64,000 nucleotides of DNA from the IMG/VR virus record IMGVR_UViG_2775507097_000001, positions 1-64,000 of that record; one strand, given 5' to 3'. Below are positions 17,241 to 25,818 of the stretch, piece by piece. How positions within the stretch are numbered: the stretch's first letter is position 1; every line of letters starts with the position of its first letter. The position numbers and the translations under genes were made by a program. Under the pieces are notes generated by a model. The model searched no databases. It worked only from the letters and a program-made list of their open reading frames with translations, and was not told the DNA's origin. This stretch comes from a virus (lineage: Duplodnaviria; Caudoviricetes).

Positions 17241-18166
17241 CAGGCGGCCTGCCCTTCCGTGGCGTTGGCCTGGGCGGCCTGCTGCTTCAAGTGGGCGATG
17301 CGGCGCGTCAGGAGGTCCTCGACACGCACGTCCATCTCGCCGACCTTCACCGGCTCGTCCAGCAGGCCATGTTTCCGGGCGTCGGCAAGGTTCTGCTCGC
17401 ATGAAAGGCGGTTCGACCAACCGGCGTTGATCTTTCCCTTCAATGCCTCCAGCGTCGTGCCGCCCGCCTGCTCCTGGCGGCGCACGTCCTCGCGCTGCTC
17501 CGCCCGCCCGGTCTGCTCCTGTTCCGGCGGGGTGGCGTCCTCGGTGGCCTGCGATCCCGGTTCGGGCCGCACCGGCGCATCGTCCGGCTCCGGAAGCGGC
17601 GCCGCGACCTTCTCCCATTGCTCCGGCGGATGCGCGGCAGAGAAGTTCACCACCGGGGCCGAGGAGCCGTCGTTGTACAGCGACAGCCCGAACGCGTCCC
17701 CCAGGTGGGTAGCGGCCCGCTTGAACGCCTGAGACGACGCGGTCTTCATTCCCATGTCGTGCGCGTCTGCCAGGTTCGGCAGGTTGTTGCCCGCACCGGC
17801 CGCTTCACCGTCCCAGTGCCCCAGCTCCCGCCCCTGAACGTCCTTCACGATCAGACGGACTTGCGCCCGGTACACGACCGTCCACTTGGAACGGTTCCCG
17901 TTGGGCGTTTCGATCTCCCTGACCAGGGTCAGTTCACGGTTCTCGGTGTCGTAGCCGGCGAACCCGAACACGCGGAGCAGATACCGCTTGATGTCCCAGG
18001 CCTGCATGTGCGCAAAGCCCTTGTCGTCCTTACCAACCCGCTTGGGGTCAACGGCCCGGTGCAGCAGCCGAAGCTGAGGCGCGGTGAAGCGGCTGACCTG
18101 GTTTTGGGTGTGCTGGGTGGGGCCCTCCGCCGTCGTGCTGGCGGGGGCCTCAATGGCCTGAGCCAT
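17240..18166 (-). CDS. Rad52/Rad22-family (Sak-like) single-strand annealing protein
   Basis: AHMQAWDIKRYLLRVFGFAGY...HDMGMKTASSQAFKRAATHLGDAFGLSLY. Confidence 0.9.
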   Translation of the reverse strand: MAQAIEAPASTTAEGPTQHTQNQVSRFTAPQLRLLHRAVDPKRVGKDDKGFAHMQAWDIKRYLLRVFGFAGYDTENRELTLVREIETPNGNRSKWTVVYRAQVRLIVKDVQGRELGHWDGEAAGAGNNLPNLADAHDMGMKTASSQAFKRAATHLGDAFGLSLYNDGSSAPVVNFSAAHPPEQWEKVAAPLPEPDDAPVRPEPGSQATEDATPPEQEQTGRAEQREDVRRQEQAGGTTLEALKGKINAGWSNRLSCEQNLADARKHGLLDEPVKVGEMDVRVEDLLTRRIAHLKQQAAQANATEGQAA

Positions 18167-18244
18167 GAGGTCTCCTTGTGATGCGTGATGTGGCGGCCAG
18201 CCCGGGGAAGACGTCGTCCCTTCGGCCCGGGCCGGCCGCGGCCG

Positions 18245-18778
18245 CTACTCGGCGGCCGCCTCAGTTCCTTCGGGCGCGGCCGGGTACAGGCGGGCCATCC
18301 ACTGCGTCGCCAAATGCCGGGCGTTCAGCTTGTGGCCACGAATCGTCGGCCACTCGTGCTCGACCACAAAATCGGCCGCAGCCTTCTCAACTCGGGTGAC
18401 CAGGGCGCGCGGCGCCCGGATGTTCATCACCGACTTCGCCTCAGCCTCGCCGTGCCGGGCATACGTCGGCTTCTCCGGAGTCCACTGGCCGGCCAGGAAC
18501 CGAATCCACCCTTCCAGCACGTCCGCCGTCAGATTCGACGACTCATAGGCACGCATGTGAAGGCCGGACTCGATCGGGATCGCCATGGGCACCAGGTCGA
18601 TACGGCTTACCGCATCCAGGGCCACGTCGAGCGCGTCGGCGGTCTTGGTGGCGCTGTCGATGAGGGCCTGCACCGCTTCGGCCTGTAGAAGGTCCCCACG
18701 CGAAGCGAGAGCATCGGCCACGGTCTGGGCGTCGGTGGTGACTTCAGTGAGGCGGCTTCGCTGGGGCTTTGCGGGCAT
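18245..18778 (-). CDS. Putative DNA-binding regulator (ribbon-helix-helix-like)
   Basis: SVMNIRAPRALVTRVEKAA pattern; first gene of leftward operon, divergent from operator copy 3. Confidence 0.55.
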   Translation of the reverse strand: MPAKPQRSRLTEVTTDAQTVADALASRGDLLQAEAVQALIDSATKTADALDVALDAVSRIDLVPMAIPIESGLHMRAYESSNLTADVLEGWIRFLAGQWTPEKPTYARHGEAEAKSVMNIRAPRALVTRVEKAAADFVVEHEWPTIRGHKLNARHLATQWMARLYPAAPEGTEAAAE

Positions 18779-18929
18779 GGGGGCGTGTCCTTCCGGGCGC
18801 CGGCATCCATCCCGGCGGCCGGGCGGGCGCCTGCTGTCGTGTGTGGGCACGCCTAGTTTCCTCCTTCTTCTATTGCTGTCACACCTGGGGGGTGTACGGG
18901 GTTGTCCCGGTACCCCAGATGATACGCAC

Positions 18930-18966
18930 TCTTGTATTGCGAGTGCAATAGAAGAATGGGTAAGGT
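18930..18966 (+). promoter_or_regulatory. Promoter/operator copy 3: TTGCGA-N18-TAAGGT
   Basis: TCTTGTATTGCGAGTGCAATAGAAGA; extra half-site TCTTCTATTGC at 18866-18876. Confidence 0.75.
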
Positions 18967-18998
18967 GGTCACACACCACAGCAACAGGGGGAACCACC

Positions 18999-19232
18999 AT
19001 GAAGGCCAACAGCCGCAGTGCGCGCCGCACCATCCGCACCCGCGCCACACAGACCCGCGCAACCCGCCGCGCCCACCAGGCCGTTGCCACCGGTACCCCC
19101 CAGACCGCCCGCACCCACCTCATCGCCGCCGGCATCGACGACCCCACCGCCAAGCGCTTCGCCGGCGCCTTCTCCCGCGGCGTCACCGCAGCCGCCCGCT
19201 TCGAGCAGGCCGCCCACCACCTCGCCGCCTGA
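18999..19232 (+). CDS. Small basic hypothetical protein
   Basis: MKANSRSARRTIR; GGGGGA RBS after promoter. Confidence 0.7.
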   Translation: MKANSRSARRTIRTRATQTRATRRAHQAVATGTPQTARTHLIAAGIDDPTAKRFAGAFSRGVTAAARFEQAAHHLAA

Positions 19233-19284
19233 CCGCAGCCTAGGCATTTACCACCTGACCGCCCGCTAGGACAGGACGACCACC

Positions 19285-19554
19285 ATGGGCATGTCCACCC
19301 ACATCAAAGGCTTCGCCCCACCCGACGAGCGCTGGCAGCAGATGAAAACCATCTGGGACGCCTGCCGAGCCGCCCACATCGACCCACCCGCCGACGTGGA
19401 ACGCTTCTTCGACGGCGCAGAACCGAACCGGAACGGTCAAGAGGTCGACATTCCCCACCGCGATTGGCAGGACGACCAGCGCCAGGGAATCGAGATCCGG
19501 ACCGACGACATCCCTGAAAACGTTAAGGTCATCCGCTTCTACAACTCCTGGTAG
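19285..19554 (+). CDS. Hypothetical phage protein
   Basis: MGMSTHIKGF...IRFYNSW; AGGA RBS. Confidence 0.75.
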   Translation: MGMSTHIKGFAPPDERWQQMKTIWDACRAAHIDPPADVERFFDGAEPNRNGQEVDIPHRDWQDDQRQGIEIRTDDIPENVKVIRFYNSW

Positions 19555-19584
19555 CAGGCAACGCCGCAGCCCCGGAGACGACGA

Positions 19585-19613
19585 AGGCCACCGCCCCGGA
19601 CCGGGTGGTGGCC
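19585..19613. terminator. Terminator-like hairpin
   Basis: AGGCCACCGCCC/GGGTGGTGGCCT. Confidence 0.6.
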
Positions 19614-19708
19614 TGACTGGTCAGACTCATCGCGCACAGCGATGTTACCCCGAGAACTCCCCATGCAGGTAGATAGGTTGGGGGATCGATTTGGAGGAGG
19701 TTTTCTCG

Positions 19709-20203
19709 GTGACCGTGACCGTGATGACGGACCACCAACTGGTGGACGTGTTCGAGGACCGGAAGCGGTGTACGGCGTGCGGTGTGGTGGCGGTGCGTCA
19801 GTACAACCCGCAGTCCCGATCCGACGCCAAGGTGTGGACGGACTGGCGGGCACCGGACGGCCGGACGTGGCTCACCACGCCTGACGGATACATCCAGCCG
19901 CCTTCGTGCCCGCTTCCCGCCGTGGAGGCGCTGTGTCCGTGGGAGGACCGGGCGATGCGGTACGCCGGCCCGAAGGGTGACGTGCAGCTGGCGACCGCGA
20001 TGGCGACGTGGTGCGAGCGGCATGAGATGGCCGTGGCCGACTGCCCGGAGCCGGGTCCGTACTGCCCAGGGGCCCTGGCGCACGAGGACGGGGAAGAGGG
20101 GCGGCCTGGTCCGTGCACCGGGCGGGAGAACTCCTGCAAGTGCATGTGTTCGGCCTGCTGTGGCGACGATCCGCATACGTGGGGATACGACGGGCCGTTC
20201 TGA
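19709..20203 (+). CDS. Cys-rich hypothetical protein
   Basis: GGAGGAGG RBS; CTAC and CKCMCSACC. Confidence 0.65.
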   Translation: MTVTVMTDHQLVDVFEDRKRCTACGVVAVRQYNPQSRSDAKVWTDWRAPDGRTWLTTPDGYIQPPSCPLPAVEALCPWEDRAMRYAGPKGDVQLATAMATWCERHEMAVADCPEPGPYCPGALAHEDGEEGRPGPCTGRENSCKCMCSACCGDDPHTWGYDGPF

Positions 20204-20401
20204 GCGTGCCTGCGGGCCCGGCTGGTGGAGAGCGCGGGCCCGCGGCAGGGGTGGTGCGGGAGCTCCACCCTTGGGAAATGTTGCTCGACCGCACTGCCGG
20301 GCAGGTTACGCCCCGCCGGCCGTCCCAGGGAACACCCCGGACCACACCGCCCCCACACCCACCCGGGGCACCCCGATACCCCATCTGACCTGCCACTCTG
20401 C

Positions 20402-20509
20402 AAAACTTCGGAGCCCCCACCCTCCCAGCCGCACACGCGCGGCCCCGCCCCGCACACCCCCACGATCCGCACCACCAGCGGCAGGGGGCTGAGGCGGCTC
20501 CGAAGTTTT
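20402..20509. repeat. 14-bp perfect inverted repeat with 80-bp spacer
   Basis: AAAACTTCGGAGCC 20402-20415 and GGCTCCGAAGTTTT 20496-20509. Confidence 0.8.
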
Positions 20510-20548
20510 ACCAAGTAGATCAACAAGGGTTTCGGGCAAGATAAGACC

Positions 20549-21415
20549 ATGGACCCCGTCGACCTGCTCAACGACTGGCTCGCCACCAGCGCCCTGAGAG
20601 CCAGCACCCGCGCCGAATACGGGCGCGAGATCGGCTACTTCATCGCCTGGTGCGCCCACCAGACGCCGCCCGTCGACGTCCTCACCGCAGGCCCCGCAGA
20701 CATCGCCGCCTGGTCCCACGATCACCACCTGCACGCCCTCCTCGACGGACGGCCCTTCGACGGACCCGACGCCCTCGGCTACCTCGCCGCCGCACACCCC
20801 GACGCCGCCCGCACCCACGACCGCCGCATCACCGCCCTCACCCAGTACTACGAAGCCGCCAGGAACCGCGGCCACATCACCCTGCCCCCCGACCTGTCCG
20901 TGCTGCGCTCCGGCGTACCCCGCCCGGCCGGCGCCAAGAACCGCCTGGACCCCCGCGAACGAGCCGTCCTCCTCGCCTGCACCGGCGGCTGGGGACCGCA
21001 GCGTTCCAAGCACTACCAGCGCGACCAGCTCATCGTGTACCTCCTCCTCGAAGGCCTGCGCCCCGCCCACGTCGTCCGCATCGACCGCCGCCACCTCTAC
21101 CCCCAACCCGACGGCTTCTGGGACATCCGCGCCCCCGACGACCACGAGAACGTCGGCCGCAAGTTCACCCTGGACCCCCTCACCGGCGCCGCCCTGAAGG
21201 CCTACCTCGCCGTACGACCCGACCCGGTCGAACCCGACGAACACGCCCTCCTCCTCAACACCCACCGCCGGGCACTCTCCTCCGGCTGGCTCAACATGCT
21301 CATCGGCCAGATCGCCGCCACCCACCCGCTGCTCGCCGACCGCGACCCCGCCATCACCGCCGACGCCGTCGCCCACACCGGCCTGTGGGACGCCCCCGAG
21401 CAGGCCAACGGCTGA
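20549..21415 (+). CDS. Tyrosine recombinase-like protein lacking C-terminal catalytic residues
   Basis: Core-binding-type N-terminus (STRAEYGREIGYFIAWC), RDQLIVYLLLEGLR; box II degenerate (TADAVAHT) and no Tyr nucleophile. Confidence 0.75.
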   Translation: MDPVDLLNDWLATSALRASTRAEYGREIGYFIAWCAHQTPPVDVLTAGPADIAAWSHDHHLHALLDGRPFDGPDALGYLAAAHPDAARTHDRRITALTQYYEAARNRGHITLPPDLSVLRSGVPRPAGAKNRLDPRERAVLLACTGGWGPQRSKHYQRDQLIVYLLLEGLRPAHVVRIDRRHLYPQPDGFWDIRAPDDHENVGRKFTLDPLTGAALKAYLAVRPDPVEPDEHALLLNTHRRALSSGWLNMLIGQIAATHPLLADRDPAITADAVAHTGLWDAPEQANG

Positions 21416-21998
21416 ACGTGGCCGCTTCGCCGGACGCAGCATGACCGGCCTCGCTAGGGTGACCCGGTGACCGATCAACGAGGCCCAAAGCGCGACGGCG
21501 ATCTGACAGACGAACAGGCCACCCTGCTCCTGCAGTCCTTCACCGAGACCATCACCGAGGCCGGTGAAATCGCGGCCATGCTGTCCAAGTACGTTGCCGC
21601 GGGCGGCCGGGACTGGGAAACGTACGAACGGATGCTGGACCACTGGGCCCGCCAAGGCCTGAAGATGGTCCACGCCGGACGCGGCGCCCTGCACCCCGAG
21701 CTGGTCCCGCTGTCGGCCAAGCAGATCGAGCAGGCCGCCGGGATCACCGGCCGCGACGGCGGGATGCGTGAGCACCTGCATCAGACGATGGCAGCCGCGT
21801 TGCTGTCCACGGTGTGGTTCGTCGGCGAGCACCACCTCATCGAGGCCGAAGACTGGCCGGAAGACCTGCCCGACGTCGTCCTGAGCGCCGTACGGCAGGC
21901 ACCGGGCATCAACAACGACCCCACCATGCGCAACCTCCGCGACACAGGCCGCCCCCGCCGGTAAACCGTCGCCCACACCGGCCTGTGGGACACCCCCG
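21366..21998 (+). repeat. 33-bp direct repeat (1 mismatch), 600 bp apart
   Basis: CCGTCGCCCACACCGGCCTGTGGGACRCCCCCG at 21366-21398 and 21966-21998. Confidence 0.9.
21467..21964 (+). CDS. Hypothetical protein between direct repeats
   Basis: 165-aa ORF; TAGGGT just upstream suggests a leaderless transcript. Confidence 0.7.
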   Translation: MTDQRGPKRDGDLTDEQATLLLQSFTETITEAGEIAAMLSKYVAAGGRDWETYERMLDHWARQGLKMVHAGRGALHPELVPLSAKQIEQAAGITGRDGGMREHLHQTMAAALLSTVWFVGEHHLIEAEDWPEDLPDVVLSAVRQAPGINNDPTMRNLRDTGRPRR

Positions 21999-22008
21999 GC
22001 CAGGGCGA

Positions 22009-22650
22009 CTAAGCGTCGGGGTCCTGCTTCTTCACGGCCGCCTTGCCGATCTGCGCGAGCGGGTTGTTCTCCCCCTGGCTGTCCTGCCGCGCGGGAGCGG
22101 GCTCCGCGAATTCCTTGGTGTAGGGATCCCAGTAGCGCAGGCGGACCCCCAGGATGCGCACGGGCGGGAGTTCCCGGTAGCGCTGGAACACGGTGCCTGT
22201 ACGCCCGTCCACGCCCTCAAGGGTGTTGCACTGGCGGCATAGGAGGCCACGCACCAGGCCGGTTCCGTGATCGTGGTCGACTACGAGCTGATCCACGCGC
22301 CCGCAGATCGCGCACCGGCCCGCGTGCCATTCGTACAGGACGGTGTCGGCCCGGTCCTCTGCCTCGAACTGGCTGTCAGCGGTCACCGAGTGCAGCACCT
22401 CGGCGGACTCGGGGCGCGTGATGGGCCAGCTCCAGCAGGCAGGTGCACTCAGCTGCAGTCCGCTCCTATACCTGCGGTACGGCTCCCCCCAACGTCTGTC
22501 CTTCTCGGCCTTTCGCTTCTCGTACTCGGCACGCTCTGCCGGGTTCAAGTGCGTGACACAGGCAGGGAAGGGGGACAGTCGGAAGCCACGGCAGGGCTTC
22601 CTCGAACTCGCCGTGGTCCGCCCGCAGCGTGACTCTTCGTCCATCGTCAC
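22009..22650 (-). CDS. Endonuclease VII-like (His-Me) domain protein
   Basis: CAICG...LVVDHDHGTGLVRGLLCRQCN. Confidence 0.85.
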   Translation of the reverse strand: MTMDEESRCGRTTASSRKPCRGFRLSPFPACVTHLNPAERAEYEKRKAEKDRRWGEPYRRYRSGLQLSAPACWSWPITRPESAEVLHSVTADSQFEAEDRADTVLYEWHAGRCAICGRVDQLVVDHDHGTGLVRGLLCRQCNTLEGVDGRTGTVFQRYRELPPVRILGVRLRYWDPYTKEFAEPAPARQDSQGENNPLAQIGKAAVKKQDPDA

Positions 22651-23678
22651 AGCCCGATCCCGATCAGCGCGTTGTCGTCCTCGTCCCACTGGTCGACGAT
22701 CTGCATGTAGCCGTCCAGGACCTTCGAGCCGTCGGCGTGCCCGGTTACCGCGGCAATGGCCTTGCGGTCCTTCCCGGCGCGGCGTGCCTCGGTGGCCATG
22801 CCGGAGCGCACGGAGTGCCCGGTGAAGAGTTCCTCGAACCCGGCGCGTAGTCCGGCCGCGGTGATGAGGTCGCCGGCGCGCTGCGGGGTGAGGCCCTGCG
22901 GCTGTACGGATCCGGTGTGGTGGATCCGGCGGAAGGCGTGCCGGTCCGGGTCGGCGATCTGTGCGGCGTCGCGCCAGGCCTGCCAGGCGAGTACGGGGCA
23001 GGTGGCCGCATGCTGTCCGTACGGCACTGCGACGGTGCGGGGTTCGGTCTTGGAGACGCGGACGTCGACCAGGAGGCCCTTGTCGTCGTCGCGGATGTTC
23101 CGCAGCCGGAGCCCGGCGAGCTCGGCGCGGCGTGCGGCGATGGAGAACCCGAGCAGGATCATCGCGCGGTCGCGGATGCCGAAGATGTCGGTGTCGCACT
23201 TGGAGACGATGAGGCGGAGATCGACCAGGCGCATTGCGGGGGCCTTCCCGCGGCCGCGCGCGGGCTCCTCTGCCTCGTCGGCCTTCTTCTGGTAGTCCTT
23301 CAGCAACTCGCGGGCCGCCTTGGTGGCTTCCGGGTCCACGATGACGCTGTGCTGCTGCCGCAGGGTGACGGTGACGCCGGCGAGCTTGCGGTCGACGGTG
23401 GAGTAGGCGCGCTTCTCCCGGTTCCACAGGTAGTCGACGAACGCGCGCAGCGTGCCGCGCGTGGCGGCGGTGGGCGGGATCTGGAGCTGGGCGCAGAACG
23501 CGGTCCAGGTCTTCCAGTCCCCGGCGTAGGCGCGGGTGGTGTTGTCGGGGCGCTGGTCCTGCGCGTGGGTGTCGGAGGCGGCGTCGAGGGCGGCGAGGCG
23601 GGCGCGCAGCTCGTCGTCGAACTCTGCGGGGAGCGGGGGGCGTTCGTCCGGTCTGGCGGGAAGTCTGCCGGTGCTCAT
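22647..23678 (-). CDS. Cre-like tyrosine recombinase
   Basis: NTTRAYAGDW; RDRAMILLGF..AARRAEL, SKT, TGHSVRSG, TGH, VLDGY: complete R-K-H-R-H-Y set; no arm-binding domain. Confidence 0.92.
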   Translation of the reverse strand: MSTGRLPARPDERPPLPAEFDDELRARLAALDAASDTHAQDQRPDNTTRAYAGDWKTWTAFCAQLQIPPTAATRGTLRAFVDYLWNREKRAYSTVDRKLAGVTVTLRQQHSVIVDPEATKAARELLKDYQKKADEAEEPARGRGKAPAMRLVDLRLIVSKCDTDIFGIRDRAMILLGFSIAARRAELAGLRLRNIRDDDKGLLVDVRVSKTEPRTVAVPYGQHAATCPVLAWQAWRDAAQIADPDRHAFRRIHHTGSVQPQGLTPQRAGDLITAAGLRAGFEELFTGHSVRSGMATEARRAGKDRKAIAAVTGHADGSKVLDGYMQIVDQWDEDDNALIGIGL

Positions 23679-23959
23679 CGAGTCGGCCCGTTCTGCGGGA
23701 TGAGGTCTCCGCCGTGTTCTCGGTTCATCTCGCAGACTTCCTCCCACGTTCGGGCGAACTGAAAGTAAGCGGCGCGTGGGTCGTCGGCAAGGACGTGCCC
23801 CAATTCGCGGCGGGTGCGCTCGCGCTCGGAGTGCGCGGCCTGTTCGGCTCGCCACTCGACGATCTCGTCTGGTGTGGCGTCCATGAGGATGAACGTGTCG
23901 GTGATGCTGGAGAACACGGCGAGCAGGCCGTCTGGTTGCTTGATGATCTGCTGTCCCAT
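23675..23959 (-). CDS. Hypothetical protein
   Basis: MGQQIIKQPDG; coupled to recombinase. Confidence 0.7.
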   Translation of the reverse strand: MGQQIIKQPDGLLAVFSSITDTFILMDATPDEIVEWRAEQAAHSERERTRRELGHVLADDPRAAYFQFARTWEEVCEMNREHGGDLIPQNGPTR

Positions 23960-23969
23960 TGCGGCCGCC

Positions 23970-24260
23970 TCAGTTCTTCCATTCGGGCAGGAAGTCGGGG
24001 TGGTCGCGCCACTGCCGGGCCGCGATCGTCAGGAAGAAGTGCAGCGTGCTCGGGTTGTCGCCGCGCGCGATCTCAGCCTGGGCGGCGCCCTTGATGACGG
24101 TCGTCATGTCGAGGAGGGCCTGGTGGGGCCGATCTTCGGTGGAGCTGTACGGGATGGCGTCGCGCAGTGGCTTGACGCGAGCGTTGATGAAGTCGATGAC
24201 CTTGTCGATGTCGTCCATGGTCTTGGCTAGTGGCGGTGTGTAGGCGTCGGCCTGAGTCAT
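23970..24260 (-). CDS. Hypothetical protein (DUF6221-like C-terminus)
   Basis: QWRDHPDFLPEW; TAGAAT 6 nt before ATG suggests leaderless. Confidence 0.65.
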   Translation of the reverse strand: MTQADAYTPPLAKTMDDIDKVIDFINARVKPLRDAIPYSSTEDRPHQALLDMTTVIKGAAQAEIARGDNPSTLHFFLTIAARQWRDHPDFLPEWKN

Positions 24261-24387
24261 GGTCACATTCTATCGATCTTCGCTGGCCATATGTGAGCTT
24301 ATCGCGTCTCACGGGGCGTCAGATTCTTCGTCAGGAGCGATTCTCCGGGTCGGGACGCACGGGGGATGGATTCCGTCTCGACATCCC

Positions 24388-24417
24388 TTGCAACTTCGCC
24401 TCACCGTGAGGCATACT
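24388..24417 (+). promoter_or_regulatory. Promoter TTGCAA-N18-CATACT with palindromic operator in spacer
   Basis: GCCTCAC-C-GTGAGGC at 24398-24412. Confidence 0.7.
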
Positions 24418-24469
24418 GAAGTCCTGAGGTCGAGGGAACAGCCCGAAGCCCAGCAAGAGGGGGAACACC

Positions 24470-24649
24470 ATGACCTTCACCAGCCGCGACCTCCGCGACC
24501 AGATCGTCACTGCCACCGACGCCAGCGACGGCGAATACGACGTCGACGCCATCGTCGAGGAGATCGTGGCCGCACACGGCGCCGTCGACATCGACACCCT
24601 CGACACCGACGAGTTCTGGGCCATCGTCGGCAAGCACGCCACCGCCTGA
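24470..24649 (+). CDS. Small acidic protein (59 aa)
   Basis: MTFTSRDLRDQ...DEFWAIVGKHATA; GAGGGGG RBS; read by eye. Confidence 0.7.
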   Translation: MTFTSRDLRDQIVTATDASDGEYDVDAIVEEIVAAHGAVDIDTLDTDEFWAIVGKHATA

Positions 24650-24873
24650 TGGCTGCCGAGCCCGAGCGGTGGACGATCGCCGAGGTGGCTTCCTACCTCG
24701 GTGCAGCGTCCACCGGAAGCGCCCGCAAGACACTGTCCCGATGGGGCGTGAAGGCCGTCGCCCGCCAGCCTGGCCGCGCTGGCGCCAGCCTTTACGACGC
24801 TGAACAGATCCGCGCGGCGCGATCCTCCGCGCCCGGGCAGGGCGCCCGAACCGACCGCGCCACCGAGGAGTGA
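24649..24873 (+). CDS. Small HTH DNA-binding protein
   Basis: WTIAEVASYLG...ARKTLSRWG...LYDAEQIR...PGQGARTD. Confidence 0.75.
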   Translation: MAAEPERWTIAEVASYLGAASTGSARKTLSRWGVKAVARQPGRAGASLYDAEQIRAARSSAPGQGARTDRATEE

Positions 24874-24884
24874 GGACACCGACG

Positions 24885-25358
24885 GTGAGCGAATCCAGCA
24901 CGCAGCCCCCAGAGCAAAAAGCCGCCGCGACCCTCGCCCGCGAGTGCACCGACCTTGCGGCAGTCGTCCTTTGGTGCGCCGACCGAGTCCGGTCCGTCGA
25001 CGACAGCCCGGCGGTACAGGACGCAGCCGATCACCTGCACGACCTGTCCGTCAGGGCGCGAGCCGACATGACACCGATCACGGACTACTGGTCCAATCCG
25101 GACAGGGCCTCAATCATCCGCTGGTGTGCGCAGGATATTCACTCCATGGGCGGCGATGCTGACGTGGAGCGTGCCGCCGAATACCTGGACGACCTGGCCC
25201 TGGAAGCACAGGAGGCGCACGACGAAGCGGAGGCGCAGGCCAACTTGGATGCACTCGTGCCGCTTGCCGAGAGCCTGACCGCTTGCGGGTGCACCACGGG
25301 TTCGCCAGGCATGTACGAAGGACCAGCCCGGGATTGCCCCCTCCACGGCAAGAAGTGA
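24885..25358 (+). CDS. Hypothetical protein with internal duplication
   Basis: WCADRV...AADHLHDL and WCAQDI...AAEYLDDL. Confidence 0.7.
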   Translation: MSESSTQPPEQKAAATLARECTDLAAVVLWCADRVRSVDDSPAVQDAADHLHDLSVRARADMTPITDYWSNPDRASIIRWCAQDIHSMGGDADVERAAEYLDDLALEAQEAHDEAEAQANLDALVPLAESLTACGCTTGSPGMYEGPARDCPLHGKK

Positions 25359-25369
25359 GGACACCGACC

Positions 25370-25771
25370 GTGAACACCGACATCTGGAACGTCCAGAGGT
25401 TCGATCAGACGCTGGGCGTCTACTCCAATCCCGAGGCTGCCCGGGCGCACGGCGACCACGCCATCCACGCCCACTTCCGCCACCACATGGACCGTCACAG
25501 GGTTCCCGACAGCCACCGGGTCATCGACTGGCGCGTGGACTGCTGCGGGCACCTGTACGGCCCCGGCCAGTTCAACCACACCGCGTACCCAGAGAAGCAT
25601 GCAGAGGGATGCTCACGGCAGAAGTCCGGCCTGCTGGTCCTACGCCCGTTCTGGGCCGCGAGCGGCACGAAGGTCGGCACCGGTCACGTCAGCACTGATT
25701 GGGAGATCTGGCAGGGCGTGGCCTGCGACCGGTTCGATCCCAGCTTCGATCCGAGCACAGTGCTCGTATAG
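25370..25771 (+). CDS. Hypothetical protein
   Basis: GAGGA RBS and GTG start. Confidence 0.7.
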   Translation: MNTDIWNVQRFDQTLGVYSNPEAARAHGDHAIHAHFRHHMDRHRVPDSHRVIDWRVDCCGHLYGPGQFNHTAYPEKHAEGCSRQKSGLLVLRPFWAASGTKVGTGHVSTDWEIWQGVACDRFDPSFDPSTVLV

Positions 25772-25783
25772 GTCTGTCAACGA

Positions 25784-25818
25784 CGACGCCCCGGCTGAGG
25801 AAAGCAGCCGGGGCGTCG
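25784..25818. terminator. Terminator hairpin
   Basis: CGACGCCCCGGCTG/CAGCCGGGGCGTCG perfect stem. Confidence 0.75.

Noticed and set aside
20549-25771. Integron-like cassette array next to tyrosine recombinases
   Set aside because: The direct repeats differ from locus to locus and show no common attC-like structure
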